Shown: piece by piece, positions 48,051-61,493 of the stretch
Layout: every line of letters begins with the position of its first letter
Position numbering within the stretch: the first letter of the stretch is position 1
Translations under genes and position numbers: made by a program
Assembly (NCBI GenBank): GCA_022813965.1
Contig: JALDZS010000001.1
Coordinates: forward strand, 372,001-436,000
Source: Toensbergia leucococca
Taxonomy: Eukaryota
DNA: 64,000 bases
Reading direction: 5' to 3'
Notes under the pieces: model-generated
What the model was told of the DNA's origin: nothing
Databases searched by the model: none
The model's input: only the letters and a program-made list of their open reading frames with translations

Positions 48051-50078
48051 ATGCCCAGCGATGCCTCTCATCCTTGCGCCGCTTACATTGAAGATTACAA
48101 CGAGGATGCCAAGACCACCATTCCCGAGTCTCGCCAAACCGCCAATATCGCCGCAAAACGCTCCAGACCAGAATTTACCAAGCTGAAAGTGCGAGATGAA
48201 GCCAGTGACTCTGGATACTTCGCAAACACTTCTCAACCTCCCGAAAATGGAGATCCTTCCAAAATTTCGAAATCTGCAACCGTGCCACTGAAGGTAGACA
48301 CTGCCGTTGCTACAACGAAGAGGAAGCCTGTTGGCCCCGAAAAGAGATTGGAGAGCAAATCAAGGAGCCCGGAAAAGAAACCCGTCCGAAATGGCTCAAC
48401 AAAGGCTGCTTCAAAGGCTCGAGAAAAGGAGGCCTTGCCACCAGGAAATTGCCAGTGTCAAGAGTGCATTGCACTAGCACGACGGTCAACTGCACCCGTC
48501 GAGACATCAAGACCTATGGATTACTATTTACCGAATCAGCCATCGCGATCCCCATACGAAGTTCCTCCATCCCCACAGTCTGCGAGGCCCTCGTTTGGAA
48601 GACCTACTGTTCCTCATACCACCCAAGTTCGTCCTCAACCGACACCACCCCTCTCACACCGACCTCCACGGCCTATGAGTTTCCATGCTGGTGCAATGCC
48701 TGAACCTTTGTACCTACAGCCGATATATCTTGAACGACGACCTCCACAGATGTATGAGCCCCAACCGTCTTTTCCGCCACCTTCCTATCCCCAGAATATC
48801 CCCTACCTCCCACCTCTCCAGGCCGCACCTCAACGTCAGGATGGTCAGCCCCCTCCAATTTCCCCATATGAAGCACCAATTCGCCCGCAATCTCGTCAGT
48901 GGGCCTCTGAATACCACACACCATCCAGAAGATCAAGGATCTATAGTACGCCGCCGATAGTTGAGTATGCGCCGCAGTCAGCTTATACTACCGTTATCCC
49001 CTCGTCTTATCCTACAAATCGTCAAATGAGTTCCCATCACGATCGCCCATATCGAGTGGGGGAAGGGCATGCTTCTCGCGATGAAGACTATTATCTTATG
49101 CCTCCTCCTGGGAGAATTCCCAGCTCCACTTCAAAACAACAGCACCAACTACGGCCGACTATACGGCATGCAGCTACAACTTCTGACGCACACCCGCCGT
49201 TGCATCATCGACGGAGTGACCGTAGCGGGGAGATAGCGGACGGCACAAGGAGTCAACCGAGTTCAAGGAAACCTAGTGAAGGCGAGCAGGAAATCCGAAT
49301 AAAACGACCACCATTAGCTACAATTCCCTCCTCCGGAGGTAGTAACGATAAGCAAGCCAAGACTCAAGCTTCTAGTCGCAACGACGGACATATCAAGACA
49401 GAAAGTAGTGGTCTGACCGCTAAACAGAAGAGAAGGGTCTCTTATCACGGCCACGAAACCCCTAATGAACTCGAGCGCGTTGTAGAGGCTTATCAAGCAT
49501 CCAAGAATGTCGCCGCTCCAGCAGTGCCGATACCGCTGACGGCAGATTCGCTGAAATTGGTACGAAAGAAGACTCACAATAGCTCTAGTGATACAGGAAG
49601 CAGAAGGAGTGGGGGAAAGGCGGGAAGCCGTGAAGGAAGTGAAGTCAAAACACGGAGCGCTATAGAACGCCGAGGGGCAAGTGAAGTCAAGGGCCGAACC
49701 GATAATGATGATGATGGAATCACTATGCGATTTAACACCTCACAAGGTGTCAAGGTTGACCTCAAGGGCAGCAGTGTCGAGGGAAGAACTATCAGTCTAA
49801 GGCCAAGCCAAGACGGTGATGGGGAGATGGAACTAAGTATTGGGGGTCGAGAGAAAGCGTCAGGAAACAGGGACGAGGTCCGGGAGAGGAGCAAGAGGTA
49901 CTCGTTTTTTGGTGCTAAGGGCACGAAAGAACCGGATCCCTCCAGAGGTACTAGCCGTATGGGAAGGGTCGTCAAGGAGATTGAAGATAATAGAGAGAAA
50001 GAAAGGAGGACGGTGGGAAGCATGAGCCGCAGAAGTAGTAGGAGTGGATATAGCGGGCGAGGATTGGTGGAACGATGA
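48051..50078 (+). CDS. Hypothetical Pro/Ser-rich, largely disordered protein
   Basis: 675-codon ATG-started ORF with AYIEDY, SDSGY, CQCQEC, RPMSFHAG and PLTADSLK blocks. Confidence 0.8.
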   Translation: MPSDASHPCAAYIEDYNEDAKTTIPESRQTANIAAKRSRPEFTKLKVRDEASDSGYFANTSQPPENGDPSKISKSATVPLKVDTAVATTKRKPVGPEKRLESKSRSPEKKPVRNGSTKAASKAREKEALPPGNCQCQECIALARRSTAPVETSRPMDYYLPNQPSRSPYEVPPSPQSARPSFGRPTVPHTTQVRPQPTPPLSHRPPRPMSFHAGAMPEPLYLQPIYLERRPPQMYEPQPSFPPPSYPQNIPYLPPLQAAPQRQDGQPPPISPYEAPIRPQSRQWASEYHTPSRRSRIYSTPPIVEYAPQSAYTTVIPSSYPTNRQMSSHHDRPYRVGEGHASRDEDYYLMPPPGRIPSSTSKQQHQLRPTIRHAATTSDAHPPLHHRRSDRSGEIADGTRSQPSSRKPSEGEQEIRIKRPPLATIPSSGGSNDKQAKTQASSRNDGHIKTESSGLTAKQKRRVSYHGHETPNELERVVEAYQASKNVAAPAVPIPLTADSLKLVRKKTHNSSSDTGSRRSGGKAGSREGSEVKTRSAIERRGASEVKGRTDNDDDGITMRFNTSQGVKVDLKGSSVEGRTISLRPSQDGDGEMELSIGGREKASGNRDEVRERSKRYSFFGAKGTKEPDPSRGTSRMGRVVKEIEDNREKERRTVGSMSRRSSRSGYSGRGLVER

Positions 50079-50834
50079 GCATGTTGTAAAGCTCGACATG
50101 TTACGAAATAGGTGATTTGGTCGGTAAAATTGCGAGGGCTCGGTTTCGATTCTTGATGTGTGGTTCTTTCTGACGAAAATTGGGCAAGAAAAAGCACGCG
50201 TTCGGTGTAAGTGTCTTGTTTGACTGGATGATTTACGACGCTATGGCTGTACGATTCACGAAGTCTACGAGCGATTCCCCTTTTTGTCAGCGACTTTACT
50301 CTCTGGTCGCGGCCTGACTTCTCAGTGAAGAATGGCGGCTTAATTATGAATGTACACATCACAATGCTAGGACATAGATAATGTCAAACGATGCGACTTC
50401 AAGACACTTTGAAATCTGATGTCCCACCCCCAATCCTCAATGCAGGCAGGCCGTCAATCATCATCCACCCGGAGTCATTAAATCATGGTCACGTGTTGAA
50501 ACTCCAGTTGCCTCGGGCAACGGAAAACCAACAACAAATCGTCATTATTCTACCAGGCAAATGTCAAATGTCCAGCCACCGGCATTCGACACGCCAACCA
50601 CCAAGATGGCCAACTTACAATGATTGACACAGCTTCAGAGTCCTACTTCCATCCCTAAAGCATCTGTTTTAATCCGTTCTGTCTTTTTAATCTTCAAGCA
50701 TCGCTCAACCTCCGCTGCTGCACGAACATCGCGGCACCTACCAAATCTTACCGGACTTGATCGATACTAATTTGTGGCAATTGGAAGGCATCTTCTCCTC
50801 TATCTTGAGCTTCTGCTCGTAGACTCAAGACATC

Positions 50835-52037
50835 ATGCCTGCACTTCCGGCAATTGACTACAACCTCATCGCAGACCTCTCCATCTCCTCCCTCGAGCTG
50901 GACCGCCGTTCCTCACCCGCAAGCCTCCCCTCCTCCATGTCCACACATCGAGAACGCTCCTTACCCGTCTCCCCCCTCTCCATAAGCAAACTCCTCCGCG
51001 CTCGTACCCCTGCCCCTCAGTCCTACCAAAAAGGCTCTGGCTCCATACCCCCATCAGCAGTAAATAACAAAGGCGTCTTTGCTCTCTTCGGCCTCATCTT
51101 CGCCGGCCTTGTCCTCACAAGCATCTGGTTCTTTTTCTGGGCCAAAAATGGCGGCTTCCAATGGCGCGGTCGCCGCGATTGGGAGGACTACAAATCCACG
51201 GTCCTCCGCCGCAAAGGTCCCAATGGCACCACCCTTAGTGGTGCCACCAAAACAACCGAACTCGGTGGTGGGAGCATCGTGGGCGGTGGCAGCGCTGTCA
51301 GTGAAATGGACCTTGAAGAGAACTCTACCGTTTATAGCGGCATCAAAATTGGCCGCCACGGCAAACGTGCACGCGCCGAAAAAAAGAAGAAGCAGCAAAA
51401 AAGTAACAACAACGACTCGGACGTGCGAGCCTACCGCCACGAAAAACCCGCCAAAGTCGGCGGTCTGAACCGTGAGCCAGAAGGTAGCTACCACGACTAC
51501 ACAAACACCGACCCCTCAGAACTCTCCCAACACACCCCAACACCTAAGCCCCACAAAGCCAAACCCAGCTCTTCCATCCCAACCAAAAAACAACCAAAGC
51601 CCTACCAAACCCCCACCAAACCTCACCGTAATCCCTACGCCTACCCGCCCTCGGCCTCCTCAACCGACTCACACCGCCCCCTTCGCCAAGACACAACCCC
51701 AACCCACACCCCCACCCGCTCCCGCCAATCCTCCCCCCGCAAACACAATAACCAACCCAGCACGACGACGCGCCACACTACCCACCGTTCCAGCACGGGC
51801 AATTACACGGAACCGCTGGATTTTTCTGAGAGTAGTCGGTACACGGCTTCGGAGACGGCGGAGAGCGAGGGCAGTAAGGGGACCAAGGCTTATTTTCATC
51901 CGATTCCCGGGTTGGGAAGGGAGGCGAGTCGGGAGGCGAGTCGGGGGGCTTGTGGAGGGGGATTTCGGAGGGGTGGGGGTGGGGGGAGGAGGAGGGATAG
52001 TTTGAGTGATAGTGAGGGGGAGACTGTTATGAGCTAG
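50835..52037 (+). CDS. Conserved fungal single-pass membrane protein, unknown function
   Basis: NNKGVFALFGLIFAGLVLTSIWFFFWAKNGGF..DWEDYKSTVLRRKGPNG; YRHEKPAKVGGLN; GTKAYFHPIPGL. Confidence 0.8.
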   Translation: MPALPAIDYNLIADLSISSLELDRRSSPASLPSSMSTHRERSLPVSPLSISKLLRARTPAPQSYQKGSGSIPPSAVNNKGVFALFGLIFAGLVLTSIWFFFWAKNGGFQWRGRRDWEDYKSTVLRRKGPNGTTLSGATKTTELGGGSIVGGGSAVSEMDLEENSTVYSGIKIGRHGKRARAEKKKKQQKSNNNDSDVRAYRHEKPAKVGGLNREPEGSYHDYTNTDPSELSQHTPTPKPHKAKPSSSIPTKKQPKPYQTPTKPHRNPYAYPPSASSTDSHRPLRQDTTPTHTPTRSRQSSPRKHNNQPSTTTRHTTHRSSTGNYTEPLDFSESSRYTASETAESEGSKGTKAYFHPIPGLGREASREASRGACGGGFRRGGGGGRRRDSLSDSEGETVMS

Positions 52038-52661
52038 GTCAGGGGTTTTGTTTTGCCGGGGGGGAAGGTTGGGGGGGAAAAGATGTGGATATACATTCGG
52101 TTTAGCGATCGGGGTGATATCCCTTCATATGTTATATAGGCCAGGGCTTTTGGTTTAGTTTTCCGTAGACATGTTGACTTCGAGCTTGGCTGCAATTTGG
52201 AAATTCATCATGATGGCTTTTCCTTGTCCTGTTCTGCAAGCGGTATGATTGATGCATTTTGCTTTTGGCTTTTTTATCATCGCGGAGGTGCTTTTCGCCT
52301 TTGTTTTTTTTTTTTTTAAAGTTCTTTTTGCCTAAATTAGTAAGGTTTGACCCCTTTTTGGTGGGGGGGGGGGCGGGTGACAATCGAATACCGGAAACCA
52401 AATCTTTTTACAAAAGCTACGGTGTTCTACCCGTTCAGGGATTTTTGTTTACTTATAGTTACAAAAAACTGGGGAAGGGTATATTTAGCTTTATTTATCA
52501 TAACATGAAGCCCTTTGTAAAAAGCTTTTTCAGAATTCATCCATTGTTGTTAGAGCAAATTGACTGGTTCATAATAGATGTGATTTTCTTTGAGATTTGG
52601 TGGGGGCGCTGAGATTTCGGGTATTTGATTGTCGCTGCGGGGGGTGGGGAGGGAGGGAGTT

Positions 52662-52662
<1 letters not shown>

Positions 52663-52718
<56 letters not shown>

Positions 52719-52725
52719 GGGGGGG
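52663..52725. repeat. Adjacent homopolymers T35 + G28
   Basis: Directly visible: T at 52663-52697, G at 52698-52725. Confidence 0.95.
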
Positions 52726-53147
52726 AAATAGGGAGGTGAGAGAGGAGGGAGGGATGGGATGGGACGGAGAGGCAGAGTTCGTGGAGAGGGGGTCTGATTG
52801 ATTGATTGATTGGAGACCATATAGAGAGAGAGGAGTTGTGACAAGGGGGGTAAGTAGTATTATGAGGTTTGCGCGGATGTGAAAAGGTATGGAAAAGGGT
52901 GGATGCAGGGGCGAGATTTCAAGATTGAGAGGGACAGATTTTATGAAAATGAGTTTGTTTTCCCCAAGGCCAAGGGATTTGGGTATGTGAGTCAAACGCT
53001 GTATGAAGAATGGGGAAGAAAAAAGGGGGGGTATCCAAGCTTTCTATCAAGTAGCCGATTCCTAATTTAGCCAGCGCCAATGCAATCAAACATTTAGAAA
53101 CATCCTCGAAAAAAACCGTTACTCAAACAGCTTCTTTATGCCAGGCG

Positions 53148-55025
53148 CTATACCGGTCGCCTAAGGGGATGGGCTTCGGTGTTGCTGGTGAGGGAGAAGA
53201 GTCATGTTAGCATGTGTATCCTCGAAGAAATTTATTGATTTGAAAAAAAAAAAAACAGACTAGAATAGCTCAAGGACTGAAAGACGGGAGAAACTCACAA
53301 CACATATTCGTCCAAACTCACAACGCCCGGTTCGCTGAAAATCAAAAAGAAATACTTCAAGGTTTCCGCCAGCCAGAAACTTTCCATGCGGTTATCCTTT
53401 TTCGAGCCCTCGATCGTCACATCTTCGATAGCAGCGTTCGCAAGCTCTGTGCGTGTGGCTTTCTCAATCGCGTTGAACATACGCCACGCGGCATCTTGGA
53501 GGGTCGGGTCACCGGTAAGTCGGTAGAGGATGAAGACGGATTCGATGGCTTCGGGGCGTAGGATGTAGCGCTTGTCGGCTATGTCTGAATAACCGGGCGG
53601 GAGCCGCCGATTTTGGATCATGTATTTCAGGCGGTCTTCCGGTGGCATGGCGGCGGATTTGTCGTCGTCGCGTTGCCGGACCGTGAGAGCGTGGTGCCAT
53701 TTCTGCTCGTCCCATTCGCAGTGCGTGGCGTCGTCGCAGGGTACCATGTAGAAGACCTCGGGCATAATGCCCGTTGCCATGCTATCGTATGCCCAGATAC
53801 AGCCGTCGACGAGCTTGCGCGCGACTTTTAGATCATCTGGGCTTTCGAAGAGCTTGGCGCCGATACCGACCATGCCGCCAGTGAAGCAGCCTAGATGCTG
53901 CCCTCGCGGGTCAAGGGAGACCTTCTTATCGCTTTGGGCACGGGCAGAGCCCGAGATCAGGATGTCTGCATTATCGGGGACCATGGGTCGAAAGAAAATG
54001 TACTTTTTGATGGCGGTCATGGAGGTCACGTACAACTTCTTGTACTGGTCTGTTAAGCCGCCTTGGAGCATATACTGCTTGGGGAGGTATTCGTAGAGCG
54101 AATCCGCCATACCACCTAGGGTGAAACCAGTGTCTTTAAAAGTTAAGAATTTTGCATTCACGAGGACGGGCCAGAGGCCTGGGATGAGGGTCTGGCTTTG
54201 AGACTTCTCGAATTCATTAGTGATTCTTTGGATGGCGTCGTAGTATTTGGGGTCGCCTGTTAGCTGGGAGAGCCGAGTAAACTCCAAGGTGAGAGAGCCA
54301 ACTTCAGCAATCAGTGAGTCCTCACCGGCTTCTTGCTTCTTGCCCGTACGTGCAGCGTTCCAGTCCCAGCGGGTGACGGGCATTCTATTGGGGGTATCGA
54401 AGGCAAGATACAACATTTCTCCCAGCTCGGTAGCTTTGGAGAGCAGTGCCGGGTATTGCCCATCGCTCAGGTCGTAAGCTCCAAGAAAGCCCCCTAGGTA
54501 TCTGATTGTGGTCTCGAAGACGTTTATTGTACTTGATTCAGTAGTCCAGAAGTCAATCTGACTGAGATCGTGGACGGCAAACTCAAAATCCTGGTGGAAG
54601 CCCATGATCCACAAGGTATCGAGAGAATCAACCAACGTAGCAGCCCATCCACCAAACGAAGTGATGTATCCCCCTGTGACTGGTGCGAGCTCGTCACGCA
54701 TCCAAGCATCCTTCTTGTATCCTTCCCATGTGTGCACGAAGCTAGACTTGACAGCCGCAAGTCTCTCCAGCCTTTTTGACTTTGCCTCTTCGGTCTCGGG
54801 GCCAAACTGGTGTTGGAGCTGAGGAAGGTCGAGGGGCGTTCCTGATGGGAGGGGGAATAGGGACTTGACGGGATATCTTTCGGCGGGCATAGGGCGATGG
54901 GGCTGTTCATTTTGCGGAGTAGTCCCAAGTTGTCTTGAGTTACTTAGATAAGATATGTACCATAAGGTAAAGAGGGCGCCGGATATGAATACTAAGGAGG
55001 ACGGCCATCGGCGAGGGTGGAGCAT
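53148..55025 (-). CDS. Class I alpha-1,2-mannosidase (GH47), type II membrane protein; short last exon after an intron starting ~53298
   Basis: DELAPV, GWAATLVDSLDTLWIMG, NVFETTIRYLGG, DSLYEYL, HLGCFTGG, YILRPEAIES, MESFWLAETLKYFFL, spliced NTEAHP. Confidence 0.95.
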
Positions 55026-55623
55026 GATGGTGGAGAAGGGGAGGTCCGTCGAGGACTACAAGCCAAGCTGAAGCCGTATATGAAGTGTTGTATAAGATTG
55101 GTGCAATTGATGGAGTCAATCCATGACCTCGTCGACCTTTCTCAGAAGCATTGTGGAACGTGGCAGACCGAGGGGAAGAGAAAGACAGAGAGACACCTTC
55201 ATGTGCCCTAAACTCCGCCTCCCCCGTGTCAAAACAGGTGTCACTACTCATTAGTTCGTCTATGCACCATCACACCAACTCGTAGGCGCGTTGTACACAA
55301 ACATATCCTTGTGCTCTCTTCGATTTCTACTCCTCAATTACGCCCAGCATTTGATTCATTGTGACTTTACAATCATTACCTTAACGTTCACAAGGTCTCC
55401 TTTCAGCCTATTTCATGACCCATTGACAGAACAAAGTGTTGGAAAGCCTTTCTCATCCATTAATATGTCTTGACTTTGACATTCAAAAAGCCTGAATACT
55501 GATGATCAGATCCAGACGACATCTGTCACATACAAAACTCTTTAGTCTGATTTTGCGTCCACTGCCTTCCTCTCAATTCTCGCCTGAATGCCATCCTAAT
55601 CCCCGAATTCAGTCCATTCTTTC

Positions 55624-56814
55624 CTAGGAACGTCGCTTCCATATTCTGTTCGTCACACTGGATACCATTCTTGAAAGCCTAGATTTGTTCAAGGACTTCC
55701 TGATCGCTTCCTGCTCCTCCCTTTCTGGATCCCTCTCTACCTTCCCCTGAGCATCTTCCGACCTTTCATCTTCGCTTGAGTCGTCAGGTTCCCAGTCTGG
55801 ATCCAAGTCTTGGGGCTCGAAGGGCCACTGATACATGCGCTGCCCAAGTGTCCTATTGACTCGAAGAAGTTCAGTGTCGTTGCCTTTATCATACCAGAAC
55901 GCCCTTTGTTGGATTTCTGAGATATAATCCATAGCAATGAGATACAATGAGCAGGACCCCTTGGGGCCCCGTCTCTCTGAACTTCCCTCAGCCTCGAAAG
56001 TCGGCCATTTAACAATTGTCACAGGCTTTTTACTGTCCCAAGTGATGGTAGGGCTACCTCCGAATACCTCATGTACCCATGCATGTCCGAGATCGGCTAT
56101 TCGTTCATCCTCGAAGAACGGTTCCTTCTGGTCTCCGAAATGTGCGATGGACAGGGCATGCTGAACTTCTCGACAGAGAAGGATGGCCAGCGAGAACTGA
56201 AGACGAAGAACTGGAGCGTGAAGATAGGGTTCTTGTTTTACCAAGCGGACAAACTCGTAGTGGAATCCTTTATGTATACTTATCACCGATGCTCGTCCCT
56301 TGTTATACTTACCTTTTTTGGCGTCAAGGTTGTGTGGCATGCGGACTTCGACTCCTGGATAACTCTTGGTGAGACTAGTGACGCTGTTTTCTTCGAGATC
56401 TACGTTCTCTTCAGCAAGGGGATCAAACCACTCGAAATGAACATATGGTCCAAGCTCATGCAAGTGTTCATGTCCGATACGTTCGACTTCGTCCTGTGGA
56501 TGCTTCGTATGCCGAAACTTGTAGCAAGTGACGCCCAAGCGTTCTGAATCGTCCTTCAGATACTTCCTAGGCGAATACAGGAAAGAATGCATAAAGGCAA
56601 GACTCGCTGGACTTTCAATCATAGCGGTAGCTAGACAAAGAGTAGGATGTATCCAGTCAGGAACGTTTCTCTCATGCCATCTAGTCGGCGAAAAGATACG
56701 GTTGTAGCGCGTCAGATTGTTTGGTTGCACATGTGGTGATTCTGTGAAGCCTAGGGCAGCCAACCGCTCTAAAGTATAGCTATATTGGCTATCAGTACCA
56801 GTTACAGAATCCAT
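55624..56814 (-). CDS. Hypothetical protein with degenerate zincin-like motif
   Basis: ~396-codon ORF from ATG 56814; LQFSLAILLCREVQHAL..EPFFEDERIADLGHAWVHEVFGG. Confidence 0.7.
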   Translation of the reverse strand: MDSVTGTDSQYSYTLERLAALGFTESPHVQPNNLTRYNRIFSPTRWHERNVPDWIHPTLCLATAMIESPASLAFMHSFLYSPRKYLKDDSERLGVTCYKFRHTKHPQDEVERIGHEHLHELGPYVHFEWFDPLAEENVDLEENSVTSLTKSYPGVEVRMPHNLDAKKGKYNKGRASVISIHKGFHYEFVRLVKQEPYLHAPVLRLQFSLAILLCREVQHALSIAHFGDQKEPFFEDERIADLGHAWVHEVFGGSPTITWDSKKPVTIVKWPTFEAEGSSERRGPKGSCSLYLIAMDYISEIQQRAFWYDKGNDTELLRVNRTLGQRMYQWPFEPQDLDPDWEPDDSSEDERSEDAQGKVERDPEREEQEAIRKSLNKSRLSRMVSSVTNRIWKRRS

Positions 56815-57652
56815 TGTAGGATTTGGTGACAAAATTTGGTGCTGCAAGTACGAAGACAAAATCAAGGCCTCAGGGGAAGAAATATTTGAGGCAGTGTGGA
56901 CATGTTTTCTACAGTCCCTTAATCAATGAACTGCTGTTTTGGCACCTGGGCCAACAAAGAGAAAACAATGCATGGCTGCTTTGGGATGCCAAAGTACCAT
57001 CTGACAAGGTCTTATCAAGCATGATAAAGAACAAAGCGAAGTTTCTGTTCTGGATTTGAGCAGCGACCATCTCTTGAGGACTGGATCTGGTGATTGCCTC
57101 GAGTTTTCAAGAGTACTCGAAGTAAAAAATGAAAAGAGGAAAATCCAACGCTACAAGCGATCTGACGAGCAGTATGGCAGTGTCAATACTTGTGATTATC
57201 TGAAATGCCAACAGTAATCTGAACAGCCGAACAGTCTTCGTCCAAGGGGAAGGATGAAGTCGACTTCCGGAAAAGGAAAAGGTGGCTGATGGAATGGCCC
57301 TAAACCTATTCGGGCTTCCAATGCCGATCGAGGAATAGAACGAATACCTAGTACGAAGTAGCATCTTCAGCATCACAACCATCGACATCACGCCCTGCAG
57401 CTCGATTTCCAGGCACGACGAGAATGTGGCTGGGAGTTACCTGGGCCTACACCCAACGCGGATACAGCTTTTTGTAAATTTTGAATGCATTTCCAGTTCT
57501 TGGACTTTAGATTGCACTACATACCTCTGATCTTCTAATAACTTCTTACACATATCTCCGACTCAATGATGCTATTATTGTCTTGGCTACTCAAACTTGG
57601 ACTCGCGGAGGATTTCACGCATTAGTCAATACAACGGGGCGGCAGTACAAAG

Positions 57653-58435
57653 ATGCCAGTAACCGGGTAACCCAACCCCTGCGAACCCCATCATCATTCT
57701 CTCCACTAATATTACCCCCTTAGACTCTTCTTTTTCCCCTCGCCCTCCTCCCGTGAAGTCACCTCCCTCCCCGACCTCATCACCCGCATAACAACCACCT
57801 ACACCGCCTCCCCCCTCCCCCGCTGGACCCTCGACCACCGCCTCTTCCGCGAAAACAACATCTCCTCCACAGCTCCCCTCCCCTCCGACCCCGACAAACC
57901 TCCCACCGCCCGCACAACCCGCTACCTCCAAATCCTCACCCTTTCCCACCATCCTAACCTTAGCCACATCGCCATCACAACCACCCACCCGCTCCCGCAA
58001 ACCCGGGCCGGCACCCCCACCTCCTCAACCCTAGGCTCCGAGCCCAGCGGAGAACCTGCCTCCATCATAGCTATCCCTGCCGGACAGCAAAGCGAAGAGT
58101 TCGTTCAGCTCATGATCTCGAGGTTTGGGCCTCTGTGGACGCAGCGGCAGGTGTTGACCGTGGGCAACGGGCAGGCTTGGGAGATTGGGGATTTCCGGGT
58201 GCGGGTTGGGGAGGTGAGGCAGGGAGGGTCGGCGCAGCAGAGTAGAGGGGTGGTGGTGGAGGTGGAATGGGAGGGTGGGGAGGCAGATGATTGGGAGAGT
58301 GCGGAAGGGGTGATTAGGGGGTTCTGGGACGCGTTGGGTGTTAAGGGGTCGAGGGAGTGTTTGGTGGTTGCGGGTATGGAGGATGGGTTTGCGGGTGTAA
58401 GGAGGTGGGCTGAAGTGCTGAGATTACGGGGATGA
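57653..58435 (+). CDS. MED20: Mediator subunit Med20 (Srb2); exons 57653-57666, 57724-58435
   Basis: MPVTG|LFFFP, WTLDHRLFRE, YLQILTLSHHP, LWTQRQVLTVGNGQAWEIGDFRVRVGEVR, RGVVVEVEW. Confidence 0.85.
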
Positions 58436-58955
58436 GATTTGATGTTGATTTTTTTTTGGATCCTTGACACTTTTGGAGCTTTGGTGGTCATATTATCTGA
58501 ATACTTAACACTGCAGGTTTGGATTACTTGAAAATCTCTATCTCGAGAACTAAATGGTCAATGCAGCACTCTACCAATATTCTTACACGGATACTGAGAA
58601 GATATAAAGAGCGCTCGGCCAAAAGCATGCAGAATATTGAAGAATGTTCGTCAAGGACTCGGCGGGAGAGAAACTTTGTTATGATTGGCCGCAATCGGCT
58701 AGGGCTCTGATGCAGCGTCCACTTTCATAAAGTAGAAGAGAAATCGCAGAATAAGAAGTTCTGGGATAGTGCCCAGACCCAGATAGGTATCATTCAATTT
58801 CATGAGAGAGTAAAACAGTTGCTAGCGCAGTCCTTGAAGACCACGTAATAATATCTAGGATGTTGGAATTGGTATCAACCCTCGCAGCTCGTCTCTTCCC
58901 GTCCTTGGGAAAACTTCATTTGCCATTCCACCGAGAACTCTGACATCGAGAAATT

Positions 58956-59863
<908 letters not shown>

Positions 59864-60268
59864 CGCGACTATTGGGAAAGTAGATAATGAACGCTATCAG
59901 TATGGTAAGTAATGAAGGATGCTTGAAGCAGTGAATTTGTGGTGGGCAGGAGGTTTTGGATATAAACAGACGGTCGACTTGCAAGCCTACAGGGAGGTGA
60001 TGGTTTTGCTTCAGCTCTCGTCGCAAGGCTGAATCTCCATGCACGGACACCAGCTGATGATACGCTAGTCCTGAACAGTCGTAGAGCAAAGCATCGACCG
60101 TTGTGAGCGTCCGTGAATATTAACAACGTTACCGAAGTACTTCTTTACCTACTCACTCGTATCCTCCGTTTCAAATGTGATCTCATAAGGCAAGAGAGTT
60201 CGATGACATTGCCTATTCGATCATCTGCAGCAACGCAAGTGTGAGGCCTTTGGGTGCATTCAACAGCA

Positions 60269-61493
60269 ATGTGGAGAGACCGGACCAATCTGTATGTTCT
60301 TTGTTAAGGCACAAAGTCTGTATGTAACCTAAATATGGCAATAGCTTCATATCCTATCGCCAGTCTTATGCACATCATCCGGCGAAGAAAAGGCGATTCG
60401 TTGGACCCTCGGCGAACGGCTTCTCCAATAATGCATCAGAGTCTGAGGAGCGTCGAGGTCTCATGTCAGCAGGAGCCTTCGAGGATGACGGAGACGCTAT
60501 CATTGAAATGGATTTCCTGCCGCCTAGGTGGGTAGATGTACAGGATGAGGTGACCGAGCTTTTAGCGCAGGTTGCTAGAAAGTCTGCCAACTTGGATAGG
60601 CTGCTCCAGAAACACGTCCTGCCTGGCTTTGACGATGAAGATGTGAGGAGAGAAGAGGAAGCAACAATCGAGCGAATGACGCAAGAAATAACTAGAGGGT
60701 TTCATGACTGTCAGAAGGCTATTCAAAGGATTGAAATCATGGTTAGGGATGCAAAACAACAGCAGGGTGGAATAAGCAAGGGTGATGAGACTATGGCGCG
60801 CAATATTCAGATATCCCTTGCAAGTAGGGTACAGGAGGTCAGCGCTGGGTTCAGGAAAAAGCAAAGCAATTATCTGAAGAGTATGGATGATCATTCGGAA
60901 TAGCCGTACGATCCCTTGCTTACGCTTTTATAGAGCTACGAACGCTGGGAGGCATGGCCTCACCACTCGATCGTGCGTCCACTCCGGCACAAAACCCATA
61001 CCTCGATCCATCTATGATCGAGTCCGAAATCGACAAGTCTTTCTCCCAATCAACGTTACAGCAAACGTCCCAAAAGCATTTCCGAAGCAATGACGCAGCG
61101 ATAGTACAAAGAGAGAGAGAGATCAATGATATCGCAAAGGGTATTATAGAGTTGGCCGATATTTTCAAAGAACTTTCAACAATGGTCATTGATCAAGGGA
61201 CGATGCTTGACAGAATAGACTATAACGTAGAGAAGATGTCTGTTGATGTCAAGGCAGCTGAGGAAGAGCTTACCGTCGTACGTTGCTCCATGGGGTCAAT
61301 TGGAAAAACTCACTTGTACTGACATATAGGTATGGAGGCAACGGGTTATCAGCGTAAGACCACAAAGCGGAAGATCCTTATGCTACTCCTTTTGCTAGTG
61401 GTTGGCATGTTTATTCTCCTCCTCGTTAAACCAAAGGGTAAAAGTGCGCCTCCGAAGTCGCCGGAACCTCTGCTGGAAGTGCCAGACGGTTGA
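60269..61493 (+). CDS. TLG2: Qa t-SNARE Tlg2 / syntaxin-16, 4 exons
   Basis: N-peptide MWRDRTNL|FISYRQS, LPPRWVD, HVLPGFDD, FRKKQSNYLK, SNARE motif REREINDIAKGIIELADIF..IDQGTMLDRIDYNVE, C-terminal TM segment. Confidence 0.95.

Noticed and set aside
49574..50362. 262-aa antisense ORF
   Set aside because: Shadow ORF opposite the purine-rich 3' end of the 48051-50078 gene.
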